From Salisapilia sapeloensis CBS 127946 (taxonomy: Eukaryota > Protista > Oomycota): a DNA stretch of 64,000 nt. Shown one piece after another: positions 10,963-25,173 of this stretch. The DNA lies in the NCBI GenBank assembly GCA_023334545.1, contig JAADVB010000028.1:46957-110956 (forward strand), in the 5' to 3' direction. Position numbers and translations under genes: made by a program. Within the stretch, counting starts at the first letter, position 1, and every line of letters begins with the position of its first letter. The notes beneath the pieces were generated by a model. The model had not been told where the DNA came from and searched no databases. It saw only the letters and a list, made by a program, of their open reading frames with translations.

Positions 10963-12415
10963 TCATCGCTCACGAGTCGACTTGGGAGGGTACGTCGTCG
11001 GGTCATTCACCAACGCTTGGTTCCACTCGGTTAGCAAGTTGGCTGCTCCGACCAAAACCTGCTTGTCCTCCGCTCGAACCAAGACAGCCATGGCCTTGCG
11101 CCGGTTTCCAGACGCCTCGGCTTCTTCCATCGCCTGCTGATCTTCCTCCGTGCTAGATCAGAGAGGTTAGTCGTATGCTATGAACAGCGCATATGATGAA
11201 GACATACGTCGTCGGGAAGTTCTGGAGACGCTTGATGCACAATGCCTGGAGGTTCTGGTACACTGCCTGCTCATTACGTGCCGTGATAATCGACTTTTCG
11301 AATGCCTACATTTGTTCCTTGTTAGCATACATGATATACTTGTGTGTTAGCGCTAGATCGTACGGATTCGCAGTCGTTAACTTCCTGTTCATTCGTCAGA
11401 ATGACTCGCAGCGTCGCCAGTAGACGCTCGTCAATGTCATCGACGTGCAGTGTGCCCTCAAAGTCATACGTTTGGTTGGCCGTGCTCTCATGCTTGTCCA
11501 GCACTGACTGTTTAACGTTGACGTTCGGATCTGTCGGAGCAACTTTCATCCAAAAGTCCACACCTTTTACTTGGTTCCCAGGGACGACGAAGCCGTACGA
11601 GTACAAGAGTTTTGCGTTCGAGTATCGTCCATAGCTGATCTCTAGTTTCTCCTGTGCCTTGGCATTGTCGATCAGACGATGCTCGAGCATCTCTGTCTCT
11701 TCGTTCATCGAGACAAAGTCATCGAGAGGGTTTTCCAGATGCACATTGTGATTAAACATGTCCATGAGAGGACACAGGACACGGACGTAGACTTCACCTT
11801 TGCCAATACCGAATGCACGACTCCAAATGACAGCTAGCGCCCACTTGTACTTGTTTAAAGTGAACTCTTCGTAAGGGCCGAAGACGTCTGGGAACTCATC
11901 ACGCAGAGGTTTGTACAAGGTGTCAAAGTCCTGAGCAATCTGCTTGTTCATCATGTTAGTAAGCAGCAGGACGTTGGTGTTCTGCAGTTCCTGTAGTTCT
12001 TCTTCAGACCAGAAGATGGGCAGGTCAAACTCCTGCGGCATCGTCTGGATGAACGGGCCGTAGAAGGACTGATCACCTTTGCTCTGCTCGTGCATCAGAT
12101 GCAGAGCAAGCATTTCATCCGGTGGCATGTCGACATGTTTGCGCAAGACTGGCGCCAAATCCGTCTGCATGGCGGACTCAATGGACATGGTCAGATGGAA
12201 CGGAATGCGAAGTGTCGATTGACCTGCATGCGATTGATTAGCATCGAAAATGGACGGGATGAGATTTCCAGCTTGATACCTTTCAAAAGCGCTTCTTTCG
12301 CAACGATGCCATAGCCTTCACTTTCGTTAAGGAACTTGACTTCCACTGGAGCTTCCGGAGCCCCCTTCGTCTTGAGCCACTCTAGTAGCTTGTCAATAGC
12401 TGCTTGATCCACCAT
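10963..12415 (-). CDS. Rubisco-LSMT/SETD3-type SET domain N-lysine methyltransferase, multi-exon
   Basis: LLEWLKTKGA...GYGIVAKE, LALHLMHE, FYGPFIQTMP, YKWALAVIWSRAF, LCPLMDMFNH and ISYGRYSNAKLLYSYGF. The last exon ends ...PPKSTRER with TGA at 10963. Confidence 0.9.
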
Positions 12416-13138
12416 CTCGCTTATCTACTTGTCTGCATTGGTTGCGAAAAGTCGGAGGTAAATTAACGAGACGAAATGAAGATTATTTTCTAGGTCATCC
12501 TGCTTGCCTAAGTTTCCAGTCGAGATATGTCGGACGTTTAGTGCTCCAGCTAGAGGCGATGTGATAATGTACACATGAAGGCATTGGTATATGCATTATG
12601 CTATATGCATAGCTGTGGGTGGTGGCAGTATATGGTTGATACGCTACAAGTTACCATGCAAAGAGAAGTAGGTTTCTACAGTACTTGACGTAGCAAAAGC
12701 GATAGTAGCTTTGTTTGATCCTCTTCTATTGTTCTCACATTGATATCGTCCATCATGTTTGGTCTCTTGTGTAGCTTTTCGTCCAAGCAGCTAGTACTTT
12801 TGAAGGTCTTGCATACTTTAGATATGATATGCTTCCTTTTGAAGGATCTGGAAATGGACTTCACAAGTAAGAATATTGAATGGGGGTATGAGCGTTGGAG
12901 CCGCTAGGTATTGCCACTTAGTATACTTCCTAACCTTTGAGGTTTCGTTTGATGTACTTGCAGCTTTTTACGTGCAGTATGAAGAGAAAATATCAACTTA
13001 GTACCTCCATGTTTACTTTCAACAAACTTTTATATTAATCTGGTTTTCATGTCACTTTTACTTGCTCATTTAAAAGCAAATGACTCATTTTTGTAGAGCC
13101 TTCAGTAATAGCCGACTTTGGATATCGTACTCAAAGCT

Positions 13139-16100
13139 CTACAGACAAGACTCCATGATGTCCATGAAGATGTCTTTGCAAATTTGTTCTTGAAGTTCAC
13201 CACCTTCTTGTCGGAGCAACAAGCTCACGAGACCATCATTTCGTCTGCTAGAGCGCGGAGAAGTTATTATTGATGGCGATTGTACCGGTAGATTGGACGA
13301 TGAATTGACGAGGAGTGCTTGTCGTTGAGTATATGTAACGAGGTGGCCGACGTCAACGCGTGCACGAGATTGTACCAAGTCCCGAAGCTTTTCTGCTTGA
13401 TCTGCTGGTGCGCACTCAGCATACTGAACACGCCGAACTTTTACATCGGCATAGTCTTGCATTCTAGAGCCAAGCTCGAGAGCACATTGGACACGAGAAA
13501 GTGTGGATTGGCGGACACGTTTTAAGAGATCACCTGGCGGTATAATCCCAGAGATACTTTCCTTAGCAAGGCATTGCTCCGCGATAGTTTGTACAGTTGA
13601 TTGCCATATCTGTTGCACCTGATCTAGACTAGCTTGTGGAAGCTTGGAAAGCTCAATCTACTCATTCACATTTAGATGAGCTGTTATACAGGTGTAGATT
13701 TACAAATATTGATACATACCTTATCTGCGGATATTGATATCGACTGAACGAGTGCCTCTACTTGTTCTGCTTCTGATGGAGTGGTAGGAAGTTGTGGTGT
13801 TTCATGCAATGTGCTTATATCGCTTTCTTCATCTAGTCTATCCGCTTCTAATATGGCTGCAGGTGTTGGAGCGACCGATTTAGATCGCTTGGCATGGATA
13901 TCCGTCACCCACTGCAGCGAACCTTCTAACATTTCGTCATATAGTTGAAATAGAACACTTTCTACCACAGCTTCTGTCGGCTGTGAGGGAGTATTCTGTG
14001 GGTCCGAAGATGCATTGTCTTCGTCATGAGTAGACTCATTCTGGTCTTGAGTCATACCTTCATATTCGTCAACTTCTTCTACCTCTTCGTCTACTTCTTC
14101 GATCGAATACTCTTCTGGTGGTGTCACTTTATCTTCAAGTAAGCTTTCAGAAGTTACAGTCTCATTTTCTTCTCCGAAGTAAGATTTAGCGACATCATGC
14201 TGTGTTTGGTGCGTCTGACCATCATCTACAGCTTCAGATGTAAGATCTCCATCCTTTTCATTATCGGTGGGCGCGACGTTAGCACTTTGGTCTTGTTCGA
14301 GCTTTGCTTCCTCTAGCTTGTTACAGTTATCTAAGTCTTTCATCTCTTTCTGTAAAGGCACATCCAGGTTTTCTTTCGCGTCTGGAGAAAATTCGGCTGC
14401 TTCGACGGCTGCATACTGTCTCTTGAGCTTGGTGTCATTATAGACATCCGTCATGTCCTGCAGTACCATGCTCAGCAAGTCTGAGAATATAATATCCGTC
14501 GTACGCTCCACATCAGCTTCTGCTACGACACGCTTGCTACTAGTCTGCACTTCAAGCCAATCAGTCTCGTTCTCTACTTGAATTCTTTCCTGCTTGTGAT
14601 CTTCCCTATTTTGGTTGTAAATCTCCATCTGCATGCCAGTGTCTAGATCCTTGGCTGCAGATGAGATGAGGTCGTCTTTATCATTTACCTCACTAGTCTC
14701 TAATTCAACGAAGACATCACTCGTAGTACTTGACTCGACGACTAGTTCTCGCGTATACTTCTCTACACTTCCAACTGCTACAACGACATTTTCAACGTAG
14801 TCGTATCCATTCAAGAGGTCAATCCTGGTCTGAACTACCGACGCAGGTTTTATCAGTAGATTGTCCTCTTCACCTGTATTCAGTCGCTCGTTCAACACGC
14901 CATCCTCTTCAACGCCTGGATCGCACATATCAGCTTCATCATTCTCGCACACGCGCTCCAGAAGAGGCGTATCTCTAAGGGTATTTCCTTGCCCAGCTAC
15001 CACCGCCCCTACATCCTCAACATAATCAAATGTATTCAGCAGATCCGACTTGGTCTCTTCCTCCACAACTTCCGATTGCGTCGCCACGATCGCCATCTCG
15101 ACTTGTTCCACATACTCAAACGACTGAAGCAAATCGTCTTCGTATCCACGCTGGACACGCTTTTCATACTCCACCTGCTTTTGTCTCAGCCAAGACGCTT
15201 CCATTCGATTCCTGCGACGAATGAGGTCTAACTCTGCTTCTTTCCTTCGAAGATGTGCTTCGACTTCTTTCGTCTGCTCCCACAGCGCTACTTCATCTGC
15301 ACTCAGCTTTCCCTTCTGCTCTTCCACACGAAGACGATGCTGTACTTCCAACACTTCTTCCTTTCGAGCATCGATCTGTGCCTTCAGTTGGTCCAGTCGC
15401 TTCATCTGTTCCTCAATGCTTTTCGAAAGCACTTCACTCTGGGAGCCTTCGATACGACCACTATCATGGCTTTGCATCATATTTATGGAGGTTTTTACAG
15501 GTATACTTGTGCTGTGTTCTTGAAGCTTTTCATGTACATCCACTAATGCAGACTCGATTTTCACGAGAGATGGATCATCCGATTCATCTGCTTCTTCCTC
15601 TTCCCCTTCCTCGACAGAATGAGCCTCTGTGACTGGAAGCAATATAAGAGGTTTGTCTTGTTTTATCGACTCATCAACTTCAAAGCTTTGGCTGTAATCA
15701 TTTGCTTCAGAGGTGCTTTGTGCAGTCTCTTCGGTTGCTTCTGTCGCTTCATTTGGAAGAGTACGCTCTGCATCAGTGGAGGTTTCATCATCATAATCGT
15801 CTTCGTAAGCATCTGCGCTTTGACTCGCACCGTCTTTGATACTGGAAGTATGCGTTTCAGCAGCAACATCCGGGTCCGTCCCTATAGCACTGTCCTCATC
15901 GATAGCTTCAGACTGTGCCACATCGTTTCTATCGTATGTTTCTTCATCCTCTGCTATGGTGGCATTATCATCAATGGACTCTGCCTGTATATCGTCATCT
16001 CCATACGTAACTTCGTCCTCGACCTCGTCTTCCTCTTTTTCACTACCATAGCTTACGTCACTTTCCACTTCATCATCTCCACTCTGTACGTCGACAGCCT

Positions 16101-19100
16101 CTTTACCAACTTCCTCAACTGCATGTTCATCGACTACGGCACTACTACTAGCCTCATCACCTTCAAATTCATCCAAACTATATGAATAGCCTTCTTCCGC
16201 ATTCCTATCCCCTTGGTCTTCGTCATACTCATACTCATCACCTTGTTGGTCGTTACTTAAATGCGTCTCCGCATCCTCCATCGTATTACCATAACCAGAA
16301 GCTATATGCAATTCTTTATTCAAGACTGGATACTGAGTGCGGACGAGATGCATTTCATCTGCAACTCGTCTCTCTATAGCTGCCTTTGCAAGCACAAGCT
16401 CTTCTTCGACATTCATCCCTAACGCCATGTGTGCTAGTTCATTCACCTGTCGTCTCTCTTCCTCAAGACTAAACTTGGCTTGCTCCTGTTCTAATAACTG
16501 TACCTTTGCAGCAAGCAACTCGGTAGCTCTCTCTCGCTTTTGCGCGATTTTAGACGCTAAACTACTATCATCTGCATTGTCTCTCGTCTCTAAATTCTTT
16601 CGCAACGTGTTGATTTCGTCTAGCAAAAGCTTTGTCGTGGAAGAGTCATCCGATATGGATGTATGCACTTCCACCATAGTATTACCCGCTTCACTCCTGA
16701 GTTCTGTCTCCACTCCTTCCGTCTCAGCGTCTTCAGCTTGAAAAGTATCCTCGTATGTATTGGCATCCTCAATCTCTTCTGTCTCTCCAGCATCCACTTG
16801 AAATGAGTCTCCAGCGTACTTGTTATCTTCGTCAATCTCTTCAATCTCACCATTACTCGAAGAAATTTCCGATGGTTCATTTCCACTTACATCTTCGATC
16901 TCTTCCATCCGACTTTTGCTATCTATTACGGAATGTCCTGCAGAGGCAAAGTCCTCCGTGTATTCGCCATCCGGCATACTGCTCTCATCCATTTGTTCAT
17001 TTTCTGATGGCGCATTCTCTTCTGAGACTACACTTTGCTCCACCACTTCGCCGTCTGCATTCGTATTATCCTCATCATTAGCGTGTATTGGGTCTACCTC
17101 GTCAATTTCATCAGCTTCAACAGAGTGTATGCTCGCTTGGCCATCCTCAACTTCGTCCTGTACATCATCTTCCTGAACTTCCGATTGCTTTACGTCATCC
17201 GCATCGGAGGACTCCTTCGAATGTTGACTGGCGCTCACTGATGCAAACTCATCTCCGTACGTATCATCGTAGTTTTCACTATACTCCTCTTCTACATCGC
17301 TCTCTTCCTTCTGATCAGTGGACTTCATATCTTCATCGATGATATTTTCAGCCATTTCACTTTCCTCTTCGTTAAAAAGCTCTAAGTCTGTACTATTCAC
17401 GCTACTCGGTTTGATATTCTCTTCATCCTCTTCATCCTCTTCATTCTCTTCATTCTCTTCATTCTCTTCATAGCCAGCTTCTTCCTGCTCTTCGTGACTA
17501 ATTTCTTTATTACCTGAATTAGAACGAGATGCAGCAACCTGGGAGGTAGTATTGAAGCTTTCATCATCGTAAGCATCCACTTCTGGCGTTCTAGCCTCTT
17601 CTTCTTTTTGATCGTGCCATCGGTAGTCGGCTGATGCTGGCTGCATGTTCATGTCACTCTCTTTTTCCTGATACTCGAAACCAGTATCAAGACTCTGGAA
17701 TGCAAGCAAGTCTTGGTAGTATTGAGCAATGCAGGCTGCACGCTGACTTTCTAATTTCGCTCTCTCCGATACAAATAGCGCTTCAATCGACTGTTTCTTT
17801 AGCATTAAATGACGTACTTGGTTTTTCGTTTCAAGTGATGGGCGATGCCTCCCTTGTGCTTGACGAACTGCTTGGTCAATCTGTTGTACATCTACGCTCT
17901 GCTTTCGTTCTAACGCTCGTAAACGTAAGCAGATAAGTGATTCCTCACTTTGCTTTCGAAGCTCCAAGTTCCTCATAAATGCAGATGAGAAGTCATCTAC
18001 ATCATGAGGTTGCGTCTCACTCTTCGTAGTGTTATCCAGCTTCTTCGAATGTAATGGTGTTGGTGGTTTGATGTATGGTGTTAGCTCAACGTCGTTGCTT
18101 CTGGAACTTTCGCTTTTATCTGGCATATTATGATCGCTACTATCTCTACTTTTGAATGTGTCCTCTTCGAACGAAGCAGAGTCATCATATGCCTGATCGT
18201 CATATGCATCACTTCCACCTGTAGTCGATGGTTTGTGTTCAGAGAGTACTTCGTCCACCTCCTCGACTTTTGACTCTTCTGGTTCAAATTCCAAGTTGTC
18301 TTCAATCTCGATAGATGGATCACTCACGAGGTTGGAAACATTTATATTGCTTCCAGAGACAAATGTTCCTTCAAAGTCGTCTTCGTAGGCAGCAGACACG
18401 GATGGAGCGATGCTAGCCTCCTCAGGATTAGATGTGTCGGACTGTACTTCATCTTCGATGTCCTGGATACTATCAGAGGCTTCGGATGGACTGTTACGTT
18501 TGACTTCATGCTCTTCAACAATGGAAGTACTCTGGATTTGATCGTCCTTAACATCCACATCATCCGATGCATTCTCTATATCTGACGTAACCTCTCTTTC
18601 TTCCGACACGATTTCATTAGATACGACACCTTCTTGGGCACTTTGAATACCGCTTTCTTCTTCAAATCCACTGCCGTCGTAATCGTTATAACTAGGCACC
18701 GAGTCGTTCGTTTCGTCTGCTTGAGGTACCTCTTCTGTAAAACTTGGCACACTGTGGTCATCCAGGTCAACTTCTTCTACTACAACACTCTGCTGCGTTT
18801 CCTCCTCGAATCCACTGTCGCCGTACTCGATATAGCTAGCAATAGATTTATCAACTTGCTCTATTTCAGAGTCCTCTTCTGCAACACTTGGTACACTGTG
18901 TTCATCTCCAGTAGCTTCACTTACTATGACACTTTGCTGGGTTTCTTCCTCAAATCCACTCGCAGCGTAAGTATCGATATCTGCATCAGATTCCGTAATC
19001 TCATCGTCGATTTCCTCTACAACAGTATCCTGAACCACAATCTCTTTGAGAGCCGATGGAAGAGAACTAGGCTCGTCCTGCGTCTCCTCTTCAAATGCGC

Positions 19101-22100
19101 TTTCATCATATACATCTACGTTTGAAGCGTCTTCATCTTTTTCTGTGTCATAAGATACAGAGCTCTGTACTTCTTCACTTGCGATATTCACGTGAGATTG
19201 ACTGTCTTCCTCGAATTCATCCTCACCATAGTATTCACTCCGCTGTTGTGAAAGTCCTAACTCATTACCATCCGATGTTTCGAAATGCAGCTGGGTGTGC
19301 GAATCACCATGGCTGCTTTTATCTACTGCATCATAAAACGTTTCATCGGCCTCATCTTCAACCACTTCGAACCGGTCGCTACTATACTCCACATCACTTC
19401 CGAAAGCAGTTCTATCTAAAGCCTTCTGGTAGTCAGAAAAATGAGCTTCCATCGCTTCTTTATAGGACCCAGCTACTTGCACTGATGCTACTAGTGCACC
19501 CTCCAACGCACGAGAATGCTCAACTATAGATAGGTGGTTCAACGCATCGTCCACCGCTTCTGAAAGCTCCGACTCGGCCATTAGTCTAGCTGCCAGCTCT
19601 TGTGGCGAATAGTCTAAACTCAGTCCATTCTGAGATGCGTTAAGGTTTACGTCCCAACTTTCATTCCACTCACTACTGTCTCTATCCATGACCTCACTCT
19701 CTTCCAGCACATCGTCTTCATCGAAAGCATCATGGTATTGGACGTGGTCTTGGCAGTTATACTTTTCACTACCTTCTGACGACGCGTCGTCTGCATCTGC
19801 ATCTACCTCTTCCTTTTTCTCTTCGTTTAGCTCACGTATAATGTCTTCATATCGGACGAACGTATCGATTAAAGGTGGTCTCTCTTCTGTATCATCATCT
19901 ATATCCAACGAAAGCATGTCTGATGATATTAAATGCGTTGCTGCTGCCTCGTGCATGGAACTAGCCCAATCCTCTCGCTGCATTTTCATCCGAGCTTCAG
20001 CTTCATTCGATCGTTGTCTCAGCTCTTCCTGCTGCTCTTGTTCCCTCTTCTTCCTTTCCTTTTCTACTTCATTTCGTATCAAGCTAAGTGAATCGTCTTG
20101 AGCTAGTAGCAACTCGCGTAAACGTGCTGAGCTATCTTCTGGTGTAAATACTTGATCTTCATCTCGAGGTAAAATGTTCGCACGGAATATAAGCCCCTTG
20201 GGTCGAGGTTTCATAAAGTCGTACAACGAAACCGGTTTGTTCTGATCAAAGTCGAGTGAATCGTCATCACTACCTTCGCTCAACTTGTCGTCTTGAAGGC
20301 TGGTTCTACTCTCCACACTACTTGATAGAGAAAGCCTAAATGCTGCTCTACCGTCATCTTCAGACTCATTCGCACTGGCTACGTTTCTAGAATACTCCTC
20401 GTCACTCTGTTCGTCTGCATCGTCCATGTCTACTCTTGTGTCATCGGATTCGTCTGCAGCATGGACGCCGGAGGTGGTTTCTAACGACTCTGGACTAAGC
20501 GCAATCTCTTCACTCGACCTTTTTTCTGTCTTTCGCTCCATTAAAGAGTTTAATCGAGACGAAATCTGTTGAGTAAGCTCTTCTAATGCATACAATTTCT
20601 TCAGGTGCTCACTGGTTGGAGCTTCCTTGCATTCATCTTCTACCACGAATTCAGTCATGTCCGGTTTGAACCCTTCTTGTGTGGATGGAGACGGAGACTT
20701 TGACACTGGGAATGTAGGAGAATATTCATCTTCGGTATCATCCGCTTCCACTTCTTGATTCTCCGTAAGAACTACAGGTACCCTCTTGTCTTGACTTTTA
20801 TCACTGCATTCACTTTCGGCATCACTGACATCTGAATGAGTTTGTACCACAGTTCTCGTGCGTTTCGCTTTACTTGACAAGGCTCTTTGACTATTCAAGT
20901 GCGTATTCTCTTTGTTCATTATCCTTAGACGACTTCTCTTCTTAGCTCGACGAAGACTTTCTCGTCGCTCTTCCTCCAATTGCTACATTCCATCAGTTAG
21001 GCTTCATATAAATTCATACAGACAAATGGAAATCTTACTCGGAGTTTTTCGAGTCGCTTCTTCTCCTCCTCTCTCTTTCTCTCTTCATGACGCTTCTTTT
21101 CCATCAGTCGACTACGTTTCTGGAAGTTCATGTATTCACGCGCTAACTCTCTTCGTTTCTGAGCTTCTTTCGACAGCTTTTTCTTCTGAAGCTCATCCTG
21201 CTCGTTATACTCTTCCTTCTTCTTTCTCTTCACAATCGCTCGTTTCAAACTTCTTATGTCGGATGTGGTATGTTCTTGCTTTGATGTAGGAACGTGAGGG
21301 CTGGTACCATCGTTTACACGCTTACTATCGTCATTTTTTAAAGAGAGGTCTGTCATATAGCTACTATCACCTAGATGATGATCCTCTCTTGCTTCGTCAT
21401 GATCGTCTTTTGACTGCTTCTTTCGCTGCTTTCTCTTTTTAGACAGTCCCAATGTACTGAGTCTTGGTACTGGTGGCTTCCTTGAAGGCAGTGGCATATC
21501 GTCATTTGACTTTGTTTGCCCGTGCTTCCCTCCACCTGTCTTACCACTTGTACTCTTCTTACTCGCATACACTGCCTTGTTTCGCAATCGAATATGCTTG
21601 GACAATTGTGCTAGATGTTGCTTTCGTTGTAACCGTACGTCTTCCTGCTGCTTCTGTTCTAGCTGTCGCTGTCGAAGGTCAGCAGCAGCCGAGAGCACTC
21701 GAGACTTCTCAGCTTCCCTTCGTTCTTTCGTATTAGCCACCTGTGCTTTTGTTAATGCTGCTTGAAGCGCTTCATGCGAAGGTGTTTCAGAGACAGAGTC
21801 ACTCGATGAACTATCACTATCGGAAGACACGTCATCTGAGTCTGCATGTATGTTCTTTGGATTTTGAACATGATGGTAATGAAAGCGATGCTGCGTTGTG
21901 TTTGACTCGGAAGCGGGAGGTCGGTGTTGAGTCAAGAGTCGAAGGTACTCTTGATCAAGGTTTATATGATTTTTATCTAAACCTGACGCTATATCGTCGT
22001 TGTTCTTGTTAGATTGAGCTTCAGGTGAAGTTGTACCACCATCACAAGAGTCGCTGGAGTTTGCATCCATGTCATTGTCCTGGGACGGATAATAAATATC

Positions 22101-22636
22101 ATCACTAGACATGTCAGCACCGTCAATGGAATAACAGTCATCCACTGCGGACTCCATCCGAATCGAATCGTTTGTACTTTGATCTAGTGCGAGATCAATG
22201 GAAAGCTCTTTTCTACAATAAGGAAGCGATTTTGAAGAAAATCTGCTGCTTTCTACTTTGCCTTCTTCTAACCAACTGTCCGTCTCTCGTCTTGCCTGAC
22301 TATCCAACTGCTTGGACAGTAACTCGAGTGTCTCGTGAAATGGCTCTACCTCTGCATCTTGTCTCCGTGCAGAGCTACACCTTTTCCGATCTATACGGTT
22401 GCTCCCATGCTTCTATGGACAACCGATACAGGATACATAAGCTATACTGCAGCATAAAACGTCAAGTGCCCATGGTTGACAGTACCTGCATATCAGTGTC
22501 TACAGAACGACGTTGCCAATGAATTTCTGCAATTAATGGTAAATAATCAATTGCAATAGAATTTTATGAAACACTTACCAGAGCGTAAATGGAAGTCCTT
22601 CTTTCTCCCACTACTTGCTTCCATCGACGCACGCAT
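13139..22636 (-). CDS. Giant (~3000 aa) acidic coiled-coil protein, CEP350-like
   Basis: The ORFs 20997-22307, 13684-20979 and 13139-13618 join in frame via introns 21038-20983 and 13719-13658. Two further small 5' exons are plausible (ATG 22636 or 22624). The protein is E/D/S-rich with coiled-coil blocks, and its C-terminus ELQEQICKDIFMDIMESCL resembles DUF4378. The CEP350 assignment is an inference from size and architecture. Confidence 0.75.
17410..17475 (-). repeat. Coding 9-nt tandem repeat (GAAGAGAAT/GAAGAGGAT) encoding EENEENEENEEDEEDEE
   Basis: The plus strand reads ttcatcctcttcatcctcttcattctcttcattctcttcattctcttcat. Confidence 0.8.
18640..19110 (-). repeat. Degenerate ~140-nt (~47 aa) coding tandem repeat with SGFEEE(T/S) motif
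   Basis: ESAFEEETQ, ASGFEEETQQSV, DSGFEEETQQSV and GSGFEEESG are roughly evenly spaced. DEHSVPS and DDHSVPS are duplicated at the nucleotide level (near 18890 and 18745). Confidence 0.7.
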
Positions 22637-22823
22637 CCTTATTAGCGACTCTAGCGCCTGCCTCTTCAATTTTCAAACGACGCTTCAAGTGGTTATATAT
22701 GGGGTACTGAAGTAGCCCGAGTGACCCGAAAGACACCACGAAAAGCACTAGGTCGAGGACAAGTCTTCTTCCGCCTTATCGACGTCTCTAACTACACCTT
22801 CGCTTCGCGTACTTAACTAGACC

Positions 22824-24329
22824 ATGTCGTTAGCCTTCTTAGCCAAGAAGAGCTGGCATACTGCCAATCTGCGCGTACTTGTGTTTATATAAAGTATATA
22901 CTGCTAGGAACTCATGATAAATGGAATAGAATGTCGAGAAAGTTTGGATAGCAGAGCAAAAGCATGCAGCTGAAGAGCAGAAGATGGAGGAGTTGCGTAA
23001 GAATATCGAGGAAGAACGTCAGCTTAAGGAACTGCGTGAATTACAGGCTTCTAACGGTGATAAGTCTGCGACGCGAGAGCGAGTGGATTGGATGTACGAA
23101 GCTCCACAGGCGAAAGCAGACAATTCCGCCGAGGACTATCTATTAGGAAAAGAGTATAAACCTGCTGAGAGCAAGTCGGATGCTCAGCAGTTGACGAAAC
23201 AGGCGAGTCACTATGGTCCACAAAGCACTTCCCAGTCCGCTCTCCCATCCAACGATCGTTTCTCTCGTCTACATGAAGACCCTCTCATGGCCATCAAGTA
23301 CGTCCTCTCTGATTCTACATCTTCATACTATATATTCATACCATTCATAGGAAGCAGCAGCAGAGTGCTCAGGAAAGCGTTCTGAAGAATCCAGTGAAGA
23401 TGAAACAGATACAGGAAAAGGTTGAAGCCATGAAGAAGGAAAAGAAAGCTGCAAAGAAAGCAAAGAAGAAGGCGAAGAAAGAGGCAAAGCGATCGAAGAA
23501 GGAAGCCAAACGTGGCGTCAAGTCTAGCAGTCGGGATCAGACAGACAAAGTGGAAGCGACTGAACCATCAGAGAGACGCCAGAGTCGATCCAGATCACCA
23601 CGTCCGACAAGTCGATTCGAACGTCGGAGTCGGTCGCGATCTCCTGAGAGATCATATCGATCCGAAAGAAGAGAAAGACGTAGGTCTCATAGTCGCTCAC
23701 GCTCCCGTTCTCGCCATAATCGTCGTCGGTCTCGATCTCGAGACCGGTCTTCTCGACGCAGCTCCGACCGTCACAGTCGTAGGTCTAGTTACCGTCGCAG
23801 TCCAGAAGTCAAGCGTCGTCATGATGACTCACCCCATGACCATGAAGCGAGACCGAAGCGAGATGGCAAGTACGGCCTCATCCAAACGGATGGATCGGTA
23901 CGTTCATCTACTATTGACCTATCGATCCTACTCTAACATCCCTTTTAGGCACCATGTAAAGACGTGGATGCATCCTCCCTAGGTCCAAACGCCAGGCATC
24001 TAACGAAAGCGAGGGAAGCTCGACGTCGTGAGGAAGAAGAGCGACGTGAGAAGCTGTCGAAGCGGTCGAATCGCGATCGGAAGCGACTTTCTAGTGAAGA
24101 GCGTCAGCGTCTTGCGAAGCAAATGATTGAAGATGGTGAACGTCGCGAGGCAGAGATTGCTCAACACGCATCCGCGAAGGAACAAGTAGAAGAAGAGGCG
24201 TTGCGTAATCCGAAGTTTCTACAGGACGTCCAGAATTCGTATGGAGATAAGGACAAGAGTCTTGGCGATCACTTGCGTCGGAACGTCAACTACGTCCAGA
24301 AGCATGCAGATAGTTCGAATTTCTTGTAG
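22824..24329 (+). CDS. CWC25: Pre-mRNA splicing factor CWC25 (CIR N-terminal domain), multi-exon
   Basis: MSLAFLAKKSWHTANLR|NVEKVWIAEQK, RERVDWMY, EDYLLGK and RLHEDPLMAIK, followed by an RS-rich region. Confidence 0.95.
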
Positions 24330-24434
24330 GTAAAGAACAAGGACAAGTATATTTGGATTGCAACTCGAAAGGAAATAATAGTGTGGAATGCTCCGGCTTC
24401 CGTCCGTGATGCAAACGGGTCGGCTAGACGTCGT

Positions 24435-25173
24435 TCAGCACTCAATGTCGCTCATGTCGCTCACGTCGCTGTCGTCACTTTCAGCGTCGTTTAACTGGAT
24501 CGGAGTCGATGCATGGCGCAAGACATGCTCCTTGACTTTTCGGTTGTACTGCTCCACATCGTTTTGCAATAGTGACCCGGCTTCACTGTTCAACGGGTCT
24601 GCGGCGTTCGGGTAGCGAAGAAGTTGCGGTAGGAATATGTCAAAGACGTTCAAGAGTTCATACATTGGCGTCCACGTCTGGTTGATGACATCGAGGCAGA
24701 CAGAGCCGGACCTAGTAGATTGTTAGGAGATAAAAAGAATCAGATCGGATGAGATGCGTACATGTCGTCGACATTCGGGTGGTAGATGCGATTGACAAAA
24801 CCAATGGATGGCGACTTGAAAGGATATTCCTTTGGCAGAGACACATGGACCTTCCACACTCCTCCTTCATACAGCGCTGGTACAAAGATGAGAACGAGGT
24901 ATTATCAGAAAATGACAAGGGAGCATACTGTCTTTCGGGCCATGAAATTTCACGTGGAAGTCGGTCATTTTGCTTTCTGCAAACTGCACTTCATAGTCAC
25001 TCATCATCCTGGTAGAATGCAACGAAGAGGGGAGGCATGGCGTTAGTATTTAGATCATGAGCTCCGTGATCATTAAGAGTCACGCGAGAAGCAAGGATGC
25101 AAATGAGGAGAATGCAATGTGCGACTTACAATTTCATGACATCGGTTTCACGGCGTTTGCTCGACTTGTCCAT
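24435..25173 (-). CDS. UBE2H: Ubiquitin-conjugating enzyme E2 H (UBC8), multi-exon
   Basis: [69 protein letters not shown], and an acidic tail. Confidence 0.95.

Noticed and set aside
12420-13130. 62-aa ORF and scattered splice-like signals between the LSMT-type SET gene and the CEP350-like gene
   Set aside because: No coherent gene model on either strand. The sequence is AT-richer, consistent with UTR or promoter.
25012-25130. Unusually long (~119 nt) first intron of UBE2H as a possible snoRNA host
   Set aside because: No canonical C (RUGAUGA) and D (CUGA) box pair with a terminal stem, and no H/ACA pattern was found.
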